From the NCBI GenBank assembly GCA_003171065.1, contig PMXQ01000089.1, forward strand, positions 3,325 through 64,970: a stretch of DNA of 61,646 nt, written 5' to 3'. Positions 18,815-29,141 of this stretch are shown here, one piece after another. This DNA comes from Chloroflexota bacterium (GTDB taxonomy: Bacteria; Chloroflexota; Limnocylindria; Limnocylindrales; CSP1-4). The notes below the pieces were generated by a model. The model searched no databases and was not told the origin of the DNA. It worked only from the letters and a program-made list of their open reading frames with translations. Positions within the stretch are counted from its first letter, which is position 1. Each line of letters starts with the position of its first letter. A program made the position numbers and the translations under genes.

Positions 18815-19178
18815 AGCCATTGGATCGGTCGCGCAGCCGGGCACGGCCGTGGACTCGTCGCAGAGATGTCGAGCGATTCGGTAGCCACACCGCCCCTCCC
18901 TCACAAACTCCGATCGGTCTATTCGCAGCAGTCAAGCGTCGGCTCGATGCTTGGCAGACGCGGCGAAGTGGACGCCCACGGAGTTGCCCCAGAGTCGGCC
19001 GAGCGGCCCCACCGCTTGGAAACCGATCGCTCATGCGGGTTCCGAGCGCGCACGTGCTCCCTCGCCGCTTGGTCACGCGTTCGACCACACCGGCGCCGGC
19101 CGTTCTCTCCAGCTCGGAGCTGACGGTTAGCTCCAGGCGCGCCCGGTCCGTGTCAGACTACCCGCGGAGGATTGGCAT

Positions 19179-19742
19179 TTGCCGCTGTTCGGACCGCCCA
19201 ACGTCGAGAAGTTCAAAGCAAACGGAGACGCCCCAGGGCTGCGCAAGGCGCTGGAGTATCCGGGCCATTGGCGGGTGCGCCGGGACGCCGCCGAGGCTCT
19301 GGGCCAGATCGGCGATGTCAGCGCCGTTGCACGCCTCGTTGCCGCTCTTCAAGATGACACCTCGAGCGTGCGCCAGGCCGCTGCCGAGGCTCTGGGCCAG
19401 ATCGGCGATGCGGGCGCCGTAGGGCCGCTCATGGCCCTCCTCAAAGACCAGAGCTCGGGCGTGCGCCGGGCCGCTGCGGAGGCTCTGGGCCGAATTGGCG
19501 ATGCCAGTGCCCTGGAGCCCCTCACGGCTGCTCTCAAGGACGCGAGCTGGAGCGTGCGCGCGACTGTCGCCGAGGCTCTCGGCCACATTCCAGACCCCCG
19601 TGCCGCCGAGTCCCTAAGTGTCGCCATGAGAGACCGGGACTTGAACGTGCGCCAAGCCGCCATCGATTCGCTTGCGGCGCTTGGCTCTCAGTCCAGTGAC
19701 GTCCAGCAGGGGAGCCAGGGCGGAGAGGCTGAGAGCTTGTGA
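19179..19742 (+). CDS. HEAT-repeat (PBS-lyase type) protein
   Basis: Five ~31-aa repeats of the form VR..AAEALG.IGD..A...L..AL.D. Confidence 0.8.
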   Translation: MPLFGPPNVEKFKANGDAPGLRKALEYPGHWRVRRDAAEALGQIGDVSAVARLVAALQDDTSSVRQAAAEALGQIGDAGAVGPLMALLKDQSSGVRRAAAEALGRIGDASALEPLTAALKDASWSVRATVAEALGHIPDPRAAESLSVAMRDRDLNVRQAAIDSLAALGSQSSDVQQGSQGGEAESL

Positions 19743-20170
19743 ACTTCTCGGCGTCAGAGATTCCCAGCCGGGCTCGTCGCAGCTACGATTCTCGGCACGG
19801 ACGAGACCTTCTTTGCGCTTCCACCCGCAGAACCAGGTGAGCATGACGAGGGCCCCGGGTAACTCGTCTCCAGCTCCCGAACCGGGGCCAGCTGGAGCTT
19901 CGCCCTGTCGATCTCGATGGTCTGCTCGGCCCCGACCATAAGGCTCGCCATCGTGTCGGCCTTAGTGGAGCGTCTCGATCTCACACCGCTCTATGCACGG
20001 ATCAAGGCGATCGAGGGACATCCTGGACGGCCACCGATCGATTTCAGGCCGGTCTGAGGGTCTTCATCCTCATAGGCGGTGCTCAGGTTGGGTCAGGCTC
20101 AAGGTGGACGGGTTCCGACTCTGCCCATGTTGGCCGAGCCCCAAACCCGATCGCGCGCACAGCTGGGAGA

Positions 20171-20356
20171 ATGGGCATGAGATCCGATCCCTTTTCGTCC
20201 CTCGTCAGCGTCATCTATCTCCTCATAGGCCTCGTCGTCGCGTCGAGTCACGCGTTCTTGACGCATCTCGACGCAGTGATGCCGATCGTCTCGGCAGTCC
20301 TCGCCGTGCTGCTGTGGCCCCTCGTCCTATTGGGCGTCGACCTACATCTCAAGTAG
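20171..20356 (+). CDS. Small two-TM membrane protein (hypothetical)
   Basis: 61-aa ORF with two hydrophobic helices and GGGAGA just upstream of the ATG. No homology recognised. Confidence 0.3.
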   Translation: MGMRSDPFSSLVSVIYLLIGLVVASSHAFLTHLDAVMPIVSAVLAVLLWPLVLLGVDLHLK

Positions 20357-21040
20357 CAGGCCGAGGGAGGTTGAGGTAGGACTCGCCCCGGCGGGCTTCC
20401 CGCCTACGCATACTTGTAGGCCACGATCAGCGTCACAACCAGCTGGGCCGACGTAAGCGTAGCTTCCGTAGTCAGGGGGCAGGCGATCGGCGGGCTGGCG
20501 GGCGCGCTCCCGGCCGAAGCGGTGGCGCCACTCTTGCCGGGGGTGATCGGCAGGACCGGGCAACCTGGCGTTGTGTAGGCGTAATTCGTGTCCGACGCGA
20601 TGCTGACCGAATAGATCCCCTGCAGCTGCACGCCCATAGAGGTCGCCGCCGCGAGAGCCTTTCGCGGAACCCCCGTCCCGAGCCCGTGAAGTTGATGCTT
20701 GAGCTAGAAGGGTTGCCCGATCTCGCTACGCGCGAAACAGCCTCAGGTCATCGTGTCGGGACGGGAGGGCGGCAAAGCTCAGCGAATGGGGTTTCCATCC
20801 TCGTACCGTCGAGTGAAGGCGAGCAAGCTGAGGCTGAAAGAAGGTCCCCCATGGAACTCCTGCTAATCATCGTGATCCTCATTCTCCTCTTCGGCGGCGG
20901 GTTCAGCCTCTACCGTCGCTGACAGTCGCGCCATCTGGCGACGGCCGATCCCATACCTAACGAGTCGCGTCCCAGTACGCGACTACATGATCAACGAGTG
21001 GCGCCCGCCTCGGCCGCCAGCAGTCGGCTGGCGCTGAAGC

Positions 21041-22081
21041 ATGGCCGTTCTAGCTGCGCTATTCGCGGCCATCGGGAGGCAGGCGGGCCGCGTCCTGACG
21101 ACGGCTCTGGGCTGGGCCAGCACGCTGCTCTTCGGACGCGTCCCCCGCCAGAAGCAGCTGCTCCTGTCGCTGATCGCGCTGGGCTCGCTCGCGTGGTTGG
21201 TATTGCTGCTCGGCACCATCCTGCCCAACGTAGGAACCTTCCTGCTGACGGCGCTGCCGCTGCCCGGGTTCGTCGACCAGAACTGGGTGCGCCTGGCGAT
21301 GCTGATCGGGGCGCTCGTGGTGCCGCTCCTCGTCGGTCTCGGAGGGCTGTTCATCGTCGACGTCGGGACGCGGCCCACCGGCCTCGCGGCGGCTAGGCAG
21401 GTGTTGCGCGGCTACCCGATCGCCTTGCTACTCGCGTTCACGTTCATCCTGCTGGCCATCGTTGGAGTCGTGCGCAAGTGCCGGACTCTCGCCCGTCGAC
21501 GGGCGGACGCCCACATCCCGATTGTGGTGCACGCCGGCGGCTACGAGATCATGGTCGACGATCTCGAGGCGGCCCTGAGCGAGGCGGGCTTAACGGTCGA
21601 GCGCCGGCCGGCGGCGGCGATCCTCGCCGTTCCCGGGCGGCTGGTCGCACGCGTCGCCGGCGGCGGCGTGCGGGCACTCGTCCCGCACCAGTTGACGACG
21701 CTCTACTCACCCGTCCTGGAGGTCGAGCTGTACCCCTCAGACATCGCGGTCTCAGGCCAGAAGGAGGCCGTGGCTCGTGCCCGCGCCGCGATCGCGACTC
21801 GGCTGACCGCGACCGCCGCGTACCTGACGACCTCCAAAGAGGCGCAGGCGGTCGAAGACCGCCTGGATGAGATTGTCCGAGCCCGAGGCAGGACGCGCGA
21901 GGAGGGTCGAACCCGGCGTTTCGACAGGCTGATTGAAGAGCTGCGCGCGACCGACACCACGCTCGCAACTCTCGATGTCGACTACGCGGAGTGGGAAGTC
22001 CTGTACCGCATGCGTCTCCAGATCGAGCGCGACTTGCTGGTCGGCTCCCCGGTGGGTCAGGCCTTGCACCCACCAGCCTGA
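21041..22081 (+). CDS. Integral membrane protein with cytoplasmic C-terminal domain (hypothetical)
   Basis: 346 aa. About 5 TM helices in the first 150 aa, then a soluble Arg/Glu-rich domain. No motif recognised. Confidence 0.55.
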   Translation: MAVLAALFAAIGRQAGRVLTTALGWASTLLFGRVPRQKQLLLSLIALGSLAWLVLLLGTILPNVGTFLLTALPLPGFVDQNWVRLAMLIGALVVPLLVGLGGLFIVDVGTRPTGLAAARQVLRGYPIALLLAFTFILLAIVGVVRKCRTLARRRADAHIPIVVHAGGYEIMVDDLEAALSEAGLTVERRPAAAILAVPGRLVARVAGGGVRALVPHQLTTLYSPVLEVELYPSDIAVSGQKEAVARARAAIATRLTATAAYLTTSKEAQAVEDRLDEIVRARGRTREEGRTRRFDRLIEELRATDTTLATLDVDYAEWEVLYRMRLQIERDLLVGSPVGQALHPPA

Positions 22082-22845
22082 CGCCGGCCGGCGAGCGCGT
22101 ATTGGCACCGGGCTTTCGGGGCTGGCCTCCTGATGATGGGTCCGGGTGTGCCGCATTGCGACGGACCCCACCCCACTCACGCGATAGTCTTGCCTTCAGG
22201 GGCTGGCCGAGTGAGTCATGTGGGCGACCATCTCGCACCCGAGGACGCCCACGATGACCCTCAACCACTCCCCGCCCCGACCCGCGGCGACCCAGCGACA
22301 TAGGACCAAGCCCGCTACGCGTTCCTGGTCGAGAAGGGCAACCTCTCCGCGTCCCGACGGACCGGTTTCGTCGGATGTCGGACCCGAATGGACCGACGAT
22401 CGCGTGCCCCGCAACGCCGTCGAACGTCGGCACAAGCGCCAATTGAAGGTGGTGTGTGCGGTGCTCGTCGGCTGGATCGGTCATCCCGCAGTCGCGCGGG
22501 AGTCATGGCGGCCAGGGACGCCATCACGGCTCGGGTAGCACCCCTGGAGATGGGCAATCTGCCTGACGTGACCCGCAAGACCGCGCGTCTCCTCGGCGCA
22601 CGGGCCCGTTGGCCCGACGGCAGATATGGCTCAATACTTGGTCCAGGTCAATTCGGAGACCGGTGACGAGCGGACCGAACCTCGACGCCGAACCGCGAGT
22701 CTACCTGGCGGGGCAACGATGACAGGGTGCTTGTAGGCCGCTCACACGACGCGGACCGGCTGCGCGGACCTGGAGTCGGGCTCCAACGAACCCGTCACCC
22801 CGTCGTGGCGACTTCCATTGCCGACCGTACCCGAGGGAGCGCCCA

Positions 22846-24102
22846 ATGCGACATCAACGTGCACTGCTGGCAGTCTGCGGAATCTTCCTGATCGTCTCCG
22901 CCTGTGCCCCGACGGCTCCGCCAAAGGTGACGCCGACTTCGGCCTCATCGGCCGCGAGCCTTGTGCCTTCGACCGGAGCCTCGCCGACTTCGACCTCATC
23001 GGCCGCGAGCCTTGTGCCTTCGACCGGAGCCTCGCCGACTTCGACGTCATCGGCCGCGAGCCTTGTGCCTTCGACCGGAATCTCGCCGACTTCGACCGCC
23101 ATCTCGCCGGACGCCCTATCGGCCGTCGACGCCATGCTCGAAAACATGACTTCGCAGGAGATCTTCAGCGGCTCGGTGCTGATCTCCCAACACGGACACG
23201 TGCTCCTGAGCAAGGGTTACGGCTTTGCCGACCGCGCCCAGAAGACCCCGAACGGCCCGCAGACCAGGTTTGCCATCGGCTCCATGACCAAGCAGTTCAC
23301 GGCCGCGGCCATCCTGCTGCTCGAGGTTCAGGGCAAGCTCAAGGTCAGCGACCTCATCTGCAGGTACATCCCCGACTGTCCGACTGCCTGGGGTGTCATT
23401 ACGATCAAGGAGCTCCTGACGCACACGTCCGGCATCCCCGACTATCTGGCGCAGCCCGACTTCGTCGATTACGAAGGCCAGCCCTCGACTCCTCTCCAGA
23501 TCATCGCCCACTTTCGGGATCTACCGCTGGACTTCGCGCCCGGCACGACGTGGGCGTACAGCAACTCCGGCTACATCCTGCTGGGCTACATCATCGAGCA
23601 GGTGTCGGGTCTGAGCTACGAAGCATTCCTGCAGAAGAACATCCTCACGCCTCTGAATCTGAGCGACACCGGCTACAACCACAACTCGAACGGCCTGGCG
23701 ATTGGGTATAGCGATGAAACTGCGACGCCGGCCGTGCCAATGGACCCGTCGATTCCATACGCGGCCGGAGCCTTGTATTCCACGGTCGAAGACATGAACC
23801 GATGGGAGCAGGCGCTCACGACGGATGCGCTCCTGCCCGCCGCGTCCCGTGCCGAAATGTTCGCCCCCCAGGCGGCCTTCCCCGGCGGCGATCCTTCGTC
23901 CGGCTACGGTTATGGCTTCGTGATCGGGACCCTCTCCGGACGGCCGATCATCTACCATGACGGTGAGATCTCGGGCTTCGTATCGATTGAGGGGCGCTAT
24001 CCAGTCGACGATGTCACGGTCATCATCCTGAGCAACCAGGAGAGCGCGGACCCGGGGGACATCTTTGTTGGCATATCCGCGAAGATCTTCAACGCGGGGT
24101 AG
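22846..24102 (+). CDS. Serine hydrolase, beta-lactamase/PBP4* (class C-like) family lipoprotein
   Basis: Lipobox LIVSAC and a 17-aa x3 Ser/Thr/Pro linker. Active-site SMTK (SxxK) and YSNSGY (YxN) motifs are present. Confidence 0.85.
   Translation: MRHQRALLAVCGIFLIVSACAPTAPPKVTPTSASSAASLVPSTGASPTSTSSAASLVPSTGASPTSTSSAASLVPSTGISPTSTAISPDALSAVDAMLENMTSQEIFSGSVLISQHGHVLLSKGYGFADRAQKTPNGPQTRFAIGSMTKQFTAAAILLLEVQGKLKVSDLICRYIPDCPTAWGVITIKELLTHTSGIPDYLAQPDFVDYEGQPSTPLQIIAHFRDLPLDFAPGTTWAYSNSGYILLGYIIEQVSGLSYEAFLQKNILTPLNLSDTGYNHNSNGLAIGYSDETATPAVPMDPSIPYAAGALYSTVEDMNRWEQALTTDALLPAASRAEMFAPQAAFPGGDPSSGYGYGFVIGTLSGRPIIYHDGEISGFVSIEGRYPVDDVTVIILSNQESADPGDIFVGISAKIFNAG
22931..23093. repeat. 51-bp in-frame tandem repeat (x3.2) encoding SSAASLVPSTGASPTST
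   Basis: CGCCGACTTC recurs at 22931, 22982, 33033-equivalent 23033 and 23084, an exact 51-bp period. Confidence 0.9.
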
Positions 24103-24391
24103 GGACGCCCGACCAACAATCCGAGAGTTGAGTCGCCCCGGCCGAAACGTCGACCTCTCGGGGCGGCTAGCCGTTATGTCGGCCTTGATGCAGTAGAGAA
24201 ACTCGTCACAAGCGGAACGGTGCCCGCGCTAGGTTGATCGCGTGGCGTCGTCCACGTCCACGCGGTCGTCCGGCTCGGACGGACCAGACGGTCCGGAAGC
24301 CGCGCCGACGGGGTGGGCGACGGCGGAGCTGCTCGCGGAGGCCGTCGGCCGCGCCGCGGCGCGAGTCTCGGTTCACGGCATCTGTTGGATA

Positions 24392-24420
24392 TGGTCGGGG
24401 CGAGAGGAGTCGGGCCGACA
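24392..24420 (-). repeat. tRNA-3-prime-end-like repeat, copy 1
   Basis: TGGTCGGGGCGAGAGGAGTCGGGCCGACA. Read on the minus strand, the core gives ...TCCTCTCGCCCCGACCA, an acceptor-arm-plus-CCA look-alike. Matches copy 3 over ~31 nt with 2 mismatches. Confidence 0.5.
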
Positions 24421-24498
24421 CTATACGGGTGAAGGTGCGAGCGTCCCTTGCGAGGGGGAACGAGCTTGCCGGCTACTAGGTGGCCATGCGCAATGGGC

Positions 24499-25560
24499 CT
24501 AGTCGTGGCGCGAGTAGTAGTCGCTGACCGCCCGGAATGACGCTTTTGGCTCCCAAGGCATGTCCGGATATGTCGTTCCGTGCCTCCCTCTGCCCAAGGT
24601 CTTGACCAAGGTTGAGGCGGCCATGTCGAGATCGTATCGAGGGTCCTCGTCGTAGGGATGGATCGCGGACAAGAATGTGCTGACGAAGGCGCCGTCGACC
24701 CCAGCCGCATCCAGGCTCGCGAGGGTCTCCGAAAGTTCCCGGGCCTGGAGTTCCTCATCGCGCACGTAGACGCCGTTGAGTCGCGGTCGCACAAGCCGCC
24801 CGACGAGCGGTAGGGAGTGAAGGCCCAGCGTGAAGTCGACCATGGTGCCGAGGTTCATTACTCCGCCGGCCTTGTCGGCGCCGACGTATGTGCCCAGACC
24901 GAACTCGGTCGCGACCACCGGTTTCCCGACCGCAAAGAGGGGCGCGAGCATCTCGACGTAGCGATCGTTGATGCGGGGGTCTCGGTAGTGGTCGACGCCG
25001 ATGATGTCGAAGCGACTCCAGACGACCGCTTCCCAGATCACAGCCGCATAGCTGAGCGGACCGTGGTAGACGCGCCGGACAGCCTCGACCGCACGGCCGA
25101 GGAATGCGTTGAGCGGCGCGTTATGCGCCCCGGTCTTTATGCCTTCCCCGAGCGACGGGTTCCGCATCCGAGCGACGAGATTCTTGCCCGGCACGATCCC
25201 TTGCATGAAGAGGGTCAGCTCCTGACCGACGACGAACACGACTCGATCGGGCCAGCGGAGGCGCAGCTTCTCGGCCGCCTTCGCGGCTTCAATGATGTAG
25301 GCAAGCGTCCGGTCGGGGCTCTTGTCCCAGAGCACGGGCGAGAACCAGACTTCGAGGCCCTGGGCCAGGGCGTCCTCGGACGCCTTGATCACCCGTTTTA
25401 GGTCGCGCCCACCGATACGCACGGCATTGCAGTGGAGATCGCGCTGGATGATCTCCAGTTCGCGGTGGACCACCGCCATGTCGAAGACCGGGCGCCAGTT
25501 GATGGTCATGACATGGCCGACGTCGTAGCAAACGCCTCTTCGGTTCATGACGCTCGGCAC
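24499..25560 (-). CDS. Putative clan GH-A (TIM-barrel) glycoside hydrolase
   Basis: 353 aa with candidate acid/base and nucleophile glutamates in VVGQELT and VVATEFG. No signal peptide. Family assignment is tentative. Confidence 0.55.
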   Translation of the reverse strand: MPSVMNRRGVCYDVGHVMTINWRPVFDMAVVHRELEIIQRDLHCNAVRIGGRDLKRVIKASEDALAQGLEVWFSPVLWDKSPDRTLAYIIEAAKAAEKLRLRWPDRVVFVVGQELTLFMQGIVPGKNLVARMRNPSLGEGIKTGAHNAPLNAFLGRAVEAVRRVYHGPLSYAAVIWEAVVWSRFDIIGVDHYRDPRINDRYVEMLAPLFAVGKPVVATEFGLGTYVGADKAGGVMNLGTMVDFTLGLHSLPLVGRLVRPRLNGVYVRDEELQARELSETLASLDAAGVDGAFVSTFLSAIHPYDEDPRYDLDMAASTLVKTLGRGRHGTTYPDMPWEPKASFRAVSDYYSRHD

Positions 25561-25783
25561 CTCGTGAACTCCTACGCCTTCATCCTGCTAACCGGGCGAC
25601 ACCAAGAGGCGTGGGACAGGTCAGGAACCGCCCGGCGGTACGATCTTACGCGTCAGATTCCAGGGCCAAGCATGCCGGCCGATCATGCAGCGTCGTACAG
25701 GCGTCGCCGCTGACAGCGAAAACAGGGGATGGCAGGCGTGGAATCGAGCGACAGGGAGGCCCTGCATTAGAACGGCTGTTCAC

Positions 25784-25890
25784 GGTCTGGGCGAGAGGAT
25801 TAGAGCCGACACGCCGTCGCCATCGTTGCTGATCCCGGTCGCGAACATACCCGAGCCACGTTGGTTGGGTCTGGAAGGCGGCTTAAGGGC
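25784..25890 (-). repeat. tRNA-3-prime-end-like repeat, copy 2 (107-nt form)
   Basis: GGTCTGGGCGAGAGGATTAGAGCCGACACGCCGTCGCC...GGTCTGGAAGGCGGCTTAAGGGC. Roughly 85 % identical to copy 3 over its full length by hand alignment. Confidence 0.55.
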
Positions 25891-26005
25891 GTTCCTTCCA
25901 ACCGCTGGATTAAGGCGGCTGCGGGATGAGGAATCGTGCCCGTCCAATGAGAAGGACAGCGGTATCTTTCCGCAGTCTCGGTTCAACGTCGGTCAACGAC
26001 GCGCC

Positions 26006-27253
26006 TCAGACTGGACGGCCGCGGAGCGAGATCGCTCGCTCTACGCCGTCCAGCATCAACTCGAGTGCGAACGAGCTGCCCTCAGCCGAGGCAATCGCCA
26101 GAGAGGGAGCCGGCGCTGCGAGCGGTCCTCGCAAACCGGCGTCGTCCGCAGCGGCCGGGGCTATCGCGGCCGGCGGCACATCGTCGTCGAGGGTCACTTG
26201 GATGGCGCCTGCCGAAATCTCTATCTCGTAGCGATCTGGCGCGGCCGCTCCGCCGCCGCTGCCCCAGTGTGTCTCGGTGGCCGCCATCAGGATTGAGCGC
26301 CGGTCCAGGTGGACGCGCATCGCCCCTGGGCTGACCTCGGCGTGGACCGCGGCACTGGCCGGCCGGTGCAGCCTTGCGCCCACGACCCCGCCGCTGAGAT
26401 GAACCGGGACGACGCCGCGTGGCTGCGGCAGGATGCAGTCCAGTCGCGAGGCGCCGCCATCGACGTATAGCTCGCGAACGTCCAGGCCGGACAGGTCGAG
26501 CTTCGTGCTCAGTGTGTTGCCCTTGACGTGCACGGTCCAGGCCCGCCCGGGGTTCAACTCCACATCCGCCCGACCGATGCCGCGCAAGCGGCGTACGGTC
26601 ACCGTATCGCCGACGACGGAGATCCCCGCCGGAGCGGTTTCCTCGCGCCGGGCCGTGGCCAACTCATCGCCGCCGGAGGACGCACTGACGGTTACACCCC
26701 GTGTACCGGTATCGACGATCAGTACCGCCGGCCTGGCCGCAGCGGGCAAACCTGGGCCGGCTGCGACGGCGCGGCCGCTGTCGAGGATGGCGTGGAAGGC
26801 GATCATGCGGGCAGCCTCGACCGCGTGGGCCGGCGCCAGGCCGGCGCCTTCGAGGATCCGCCGCAGTCGGATGAAGACCTCGCTCTCCTCGACCGCGGCC
26901 GGCACTTCGAGGAGCAGCCGGCTTGCGTCGCGGTGACGCTGGAGCATCGAGCTGAGGCTCGTGGCGGCGGCCACCACTTCGGAACGCCAGCTCTCGTCCC
27001 CGGTGGCAGCGCCATCCTGGGCGCTGGGCTCGACTTGCGCCAGCAGCGAGGTTGCCAGCAACTCGACCAGCTCCCGGCGGTCGCGGACGTGCCAGTACAG
27101 AGACGCCGCCTTCACGCCCAGCCGGTCCGCGAGGCTGCGCATCGTGAGTCCTTCGAGCCCCTGTTTCTGAAGGACCTCCAGACCGGCCGCCGTCAACCGA
27201 CCGCGACTCAGCCCTTGATCTTTCTCCCCGCCGCCTGCCATCTCGAGTTCCAC
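26006..27253 (-). CDS. TetR-family regulator with ~220-aa C-terminal beta-rich extension
   Basis: HTH region LTMRSLADRLGVKAASLYWHVRDRRELV. The C-terminal half (VTVRRLRG...VELNPGRAWTVHVKGN...LDLSGLDVRELYVDGGASRL...) resembles DUF4097/LiaF-C-type repeats. Confidence 0.75.
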   Translation of the reverse strand: MELEMAGGGEKDQGLSRGRLTAAGLEVLQKQGLEGLTMRSLADRLGVKAASLYWHVRDRRELVELLATSLLAQVEPSAQDGAATGDESWRSEVVAAATSLSSMLQRHRDASRLLLEVPAAVEESEVFIRLRRILEGAGLAPAHAVEAARMIAFHAILDSGRAVAAGPGLPAAARPAVLIVDTGTRGVTVSASSGGDELATARREETAPAGISVVGDTVTVRRLRGIGRADVELNPGRAWTVHVKGNTLSTKLDLSGLDVRELYVDGGASRLDCILPQPRGVVPVHLSGGVVGARLHRPASAAVHAEVSPGAMRVHLDRRSILMAATETHWGSGGGAAAPDRYEIEISAGAIQVTLDDDVPPAAIAPAAADDAGLRGPLAAPAPSLAIASAEGSSFALELMLDGVERAISLRGRPV

Positions 27254-27284
27254 CTGCCCTGATTCGAACTTCCTGTTGCAAGCC

Positions 27285-27330
27285 TAACACCGATAGGGTT
27301 ATAGTGCCAGCAAGAACCATAACGCCGTTA
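27285..27330. promoter_or_regulatory. Candidate TetR operator(s) in the divergent intergenic region
   Basis: Inverted repeats TAAC-N9-GTTA (27285-27301) and TAACG-C-CGTTA (27320-27330), between the TetR gene and the ABC operon. Confidence 0.3.
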
Positions 27331-27369
27331 GGTGGACGATAGCTGGGGTACTCCGCAGGAGTCAACTAC

Positions 27370-28383
27370 ATGCAGACAAGACAGGCCGCGACCGGTACGG
27401 TCTCAATCAGGGATTTGAGGAAGTCGTTTTCAGTCGGGCGCAAGTCGATCGAGGCGGTCAGCGGGCTGAACCTCGAGGTTGGGCGCGGCGAGATCTTCGG
27501 CCTCCTCGGACCTAACGGCGCCGGCAAGACCACGACCTTGCGGATGCTGGCGACACTCGTGCCCATCGACAGCGGCGAAGCCATGGTGGCCGGCATCGAC
27601 GTCCGCCGCAAGCCCAAGGAAGTCCGCCGGCGCATCGGCTACGTGGGCCAGCTTGGCGGCGCCGACCTCCCGGCCACGGGCCGCGAGAACCTGCTCCTGC
27701 AGGGCCGGCTCTACGGGGCCTCGGGATCCGACGCGTCGCGGCGGGCGAGCGAGCTGATCGACCTCCTGGCACTCGGCGAATTCGCCGATCGCCCGGCGCG
27801 CACCTACTCCGGCGGTCAGCGGCGGCGCCTCGAAGTCGCGCTCGGCATCATGCACAAACCCGAAATTCTCTTCCTCGACGAACCCTCGACTGGCCTCGAT
27901 CCGCAGAACCGAGCCAACCTCTGGGACCAGCTGCGCGGCCTGAACGAGGCCGGCACCACTATCTTCCTGACCACCCACTACCTCGAAGAGGCAGACGCCC
28001 TCGCGAACCGTGTGGCCATCATGGATCACGGCAAAGTCGTGGCCGAGGATACGCTGCTCGAGCTCAAGAGACGCGTCGGTGGCGGCACATTCGTCGTGCG
28101 GACGGCTTTGCCTGCGTCCGAACTCGAAGACCTCCGCGCGGCGCTGGCAAACCTGGCGCCGATCTCCGGGGCCTGGCTCGATGGCGAAGCACTCCGCCTT
28201 CGGACCTCCGACGGCCGTGCCGCGGTCGCCGCGGTCGCTGCGGTGGCTCAACTGCTCGAGACCCGAGACGTGCCGCTGGCGGCTCTCTCGCTCTCGGAGG
28301 CGTCGCTCGACGACGTCTTCCTCCAGGAAACGGGCCGCTCGCTGCGCGATGCCGGCCAGAACAACGCGGAGACCGTCCGATGA
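27370..28383 (+). CDS. ABC transporter ATP-binding protein (DrrA / ABC-2 type)
   Basis: Walker A GPNGAGKTT, signature YSGGQRRRL and Walker B ILFLDEPSTGLD. Confidence 0.9.
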   Translation: MQTRQAATGTVSIRDLRKSFSVGRKSIEAVSGLNLEVGRGEIFGLLGPNGAGKTTTLRMLATLVPIDSGEAMVAGIDVRRKPKEVRRRIGYVGQLGGADLPATGRENLLLQGRLYGASGSDASRRASELIDLLALGEFADRPARTYSGGQRRRLEVALGIMHKPEILFLDEPSTGLDPQNRANLWDQLRGLNEAGTTIFLTTHYLEEADALANRVAIMDHGKVVAEDTLLELKRRVGGGTFVVRTALPASELEDLRAALANLAPISGAWLDGEALRLRTSDGRAAVAAVAAVAQLLETRDVPLAALSLSEASLDDVFLQETGRSLRDAGQNNAETVR

Positions 28384-29141
28384 GTTTTGCCGTCGAAACC
28401 CAGCTGCTCTTTCGCCGAAAGATGCTTGAGCTCATGCGCCAGCCGGTCTGGATCATTGCCGGGCTATCGAGCCCGCTCCTCTATCTGGCCCTGTTTGCCC
28501 CGCTGCTCCAAGCCCTCGCCGGCGGCCCGGGTTTTGCCGGGAAGAGCGTGCTCGACGTATTCGTGCCGGGCATCATCGTCCTGATGGCCTTCGGCTCGGG
28601 AATGGGCGCTGGGTGGGTCACGATTATCGAGGTGGACACGGGCGTGCTCGAACGACTCACCGTTTCTCCAGCCAGCCGCTTCGCGCTGTTGCTGGGCACG
28701 GTCTTGCGTGACGTGGTCTGGCTGATCATTCCTGCCCTGCTCGTGATCTTCGTTGCGATTCCTCTCGGCTTCCATCCGAACCCGGCCGGGACGGTGGTTC
28801 TTCTGGCTATCGCCTCCCTGATCACCGCGATGGTCTCCGCGATCTCGGGAGCACTCGGGATCAAGCTTCGGCAGATCGGCAGCCTCGCCGCGGTCGTGAC
28901 CGGGCTGCAGCTGCCCCTGATGCTGCTCTCGGGGATACTGCTCCCACTCTCCCTGGCGCCGTCGTGGATGGTCGTGCTGGCGCACATCGATCCGATGTAC
29001 TACGCGGTCGAGGCTTCGCGAGTCCTGGCCAACGGCTCGATCGTGAACGGCACCGTCGTCACCGCGTTCGGTGCGCTGGGCGTGCTCACGGCGTTGTCGC
29101 TGTGGTGGGCCACGGGCGTATATCGAAAAGCGCTAGCTTAG
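28380..29141 (+). CDS. ABC-2 type transporter permease
   Basis: 253 aa with 6 TM segments. Its start overlaps the ATPase gene stop by 4 nt. Confidence 0.85.
   Translation: MSFAVETQLLFRRKMLELMRQPVWIIAGLSSPLLYLALFAPLLQALAGGPGFAGKSVLDVFVPGIIVLMAFGSGMGAGWVTIIEVDTGVLERLTVSPASRFALLLGTVLRDVVWLIIPALLVIFVAIPLGFHPNPAGTVVLLAIASLITAMVSAISGALGIKLRQIGSLAAVVTGLQLPLMLLSGILLPLSLAPSWMVVLAHIDPMYYAVEASRVLANGSIVNGTVVTAFGALGVLTALSLWWATGVYRKALA

Noticed and set aside
20404-20922. Small ORFs 20404-20637 (-) and 20686-20922 (+); the latter ends with a 23-aa hydrophobic peptide MELLLIIVILILLFGGGFSLYRR preceded by GAAAGAAGG
   Set aside because: There is no recognisable homology and no supporting context. The 23-aa peptide is plausible as a micro-protein, but I cannot support it beyond an SD-like sequence, so it is not listed as a feature.
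21549-22484. 311-aa minus-strand ORF and other ORFs in the 22.1-22.8 kb gap
   Set aside because: Arg/Pro/Gly/Ser-rich with no motif, and it overlaps the better-supported membrane-protein gene 21041-22081. I left the 22.1-22.8 kb region unannotated rather than call a gene.
16126-23093. Tandem repeats at 16126-16222 and 22931-23093 as possible CRISPR arrays
   Set aside because: The units are contiguous with no spacers, are in frame inside clear protein-coding genes, and encode Ser/Thr/Pro linkers. No cas genes are present in the window.
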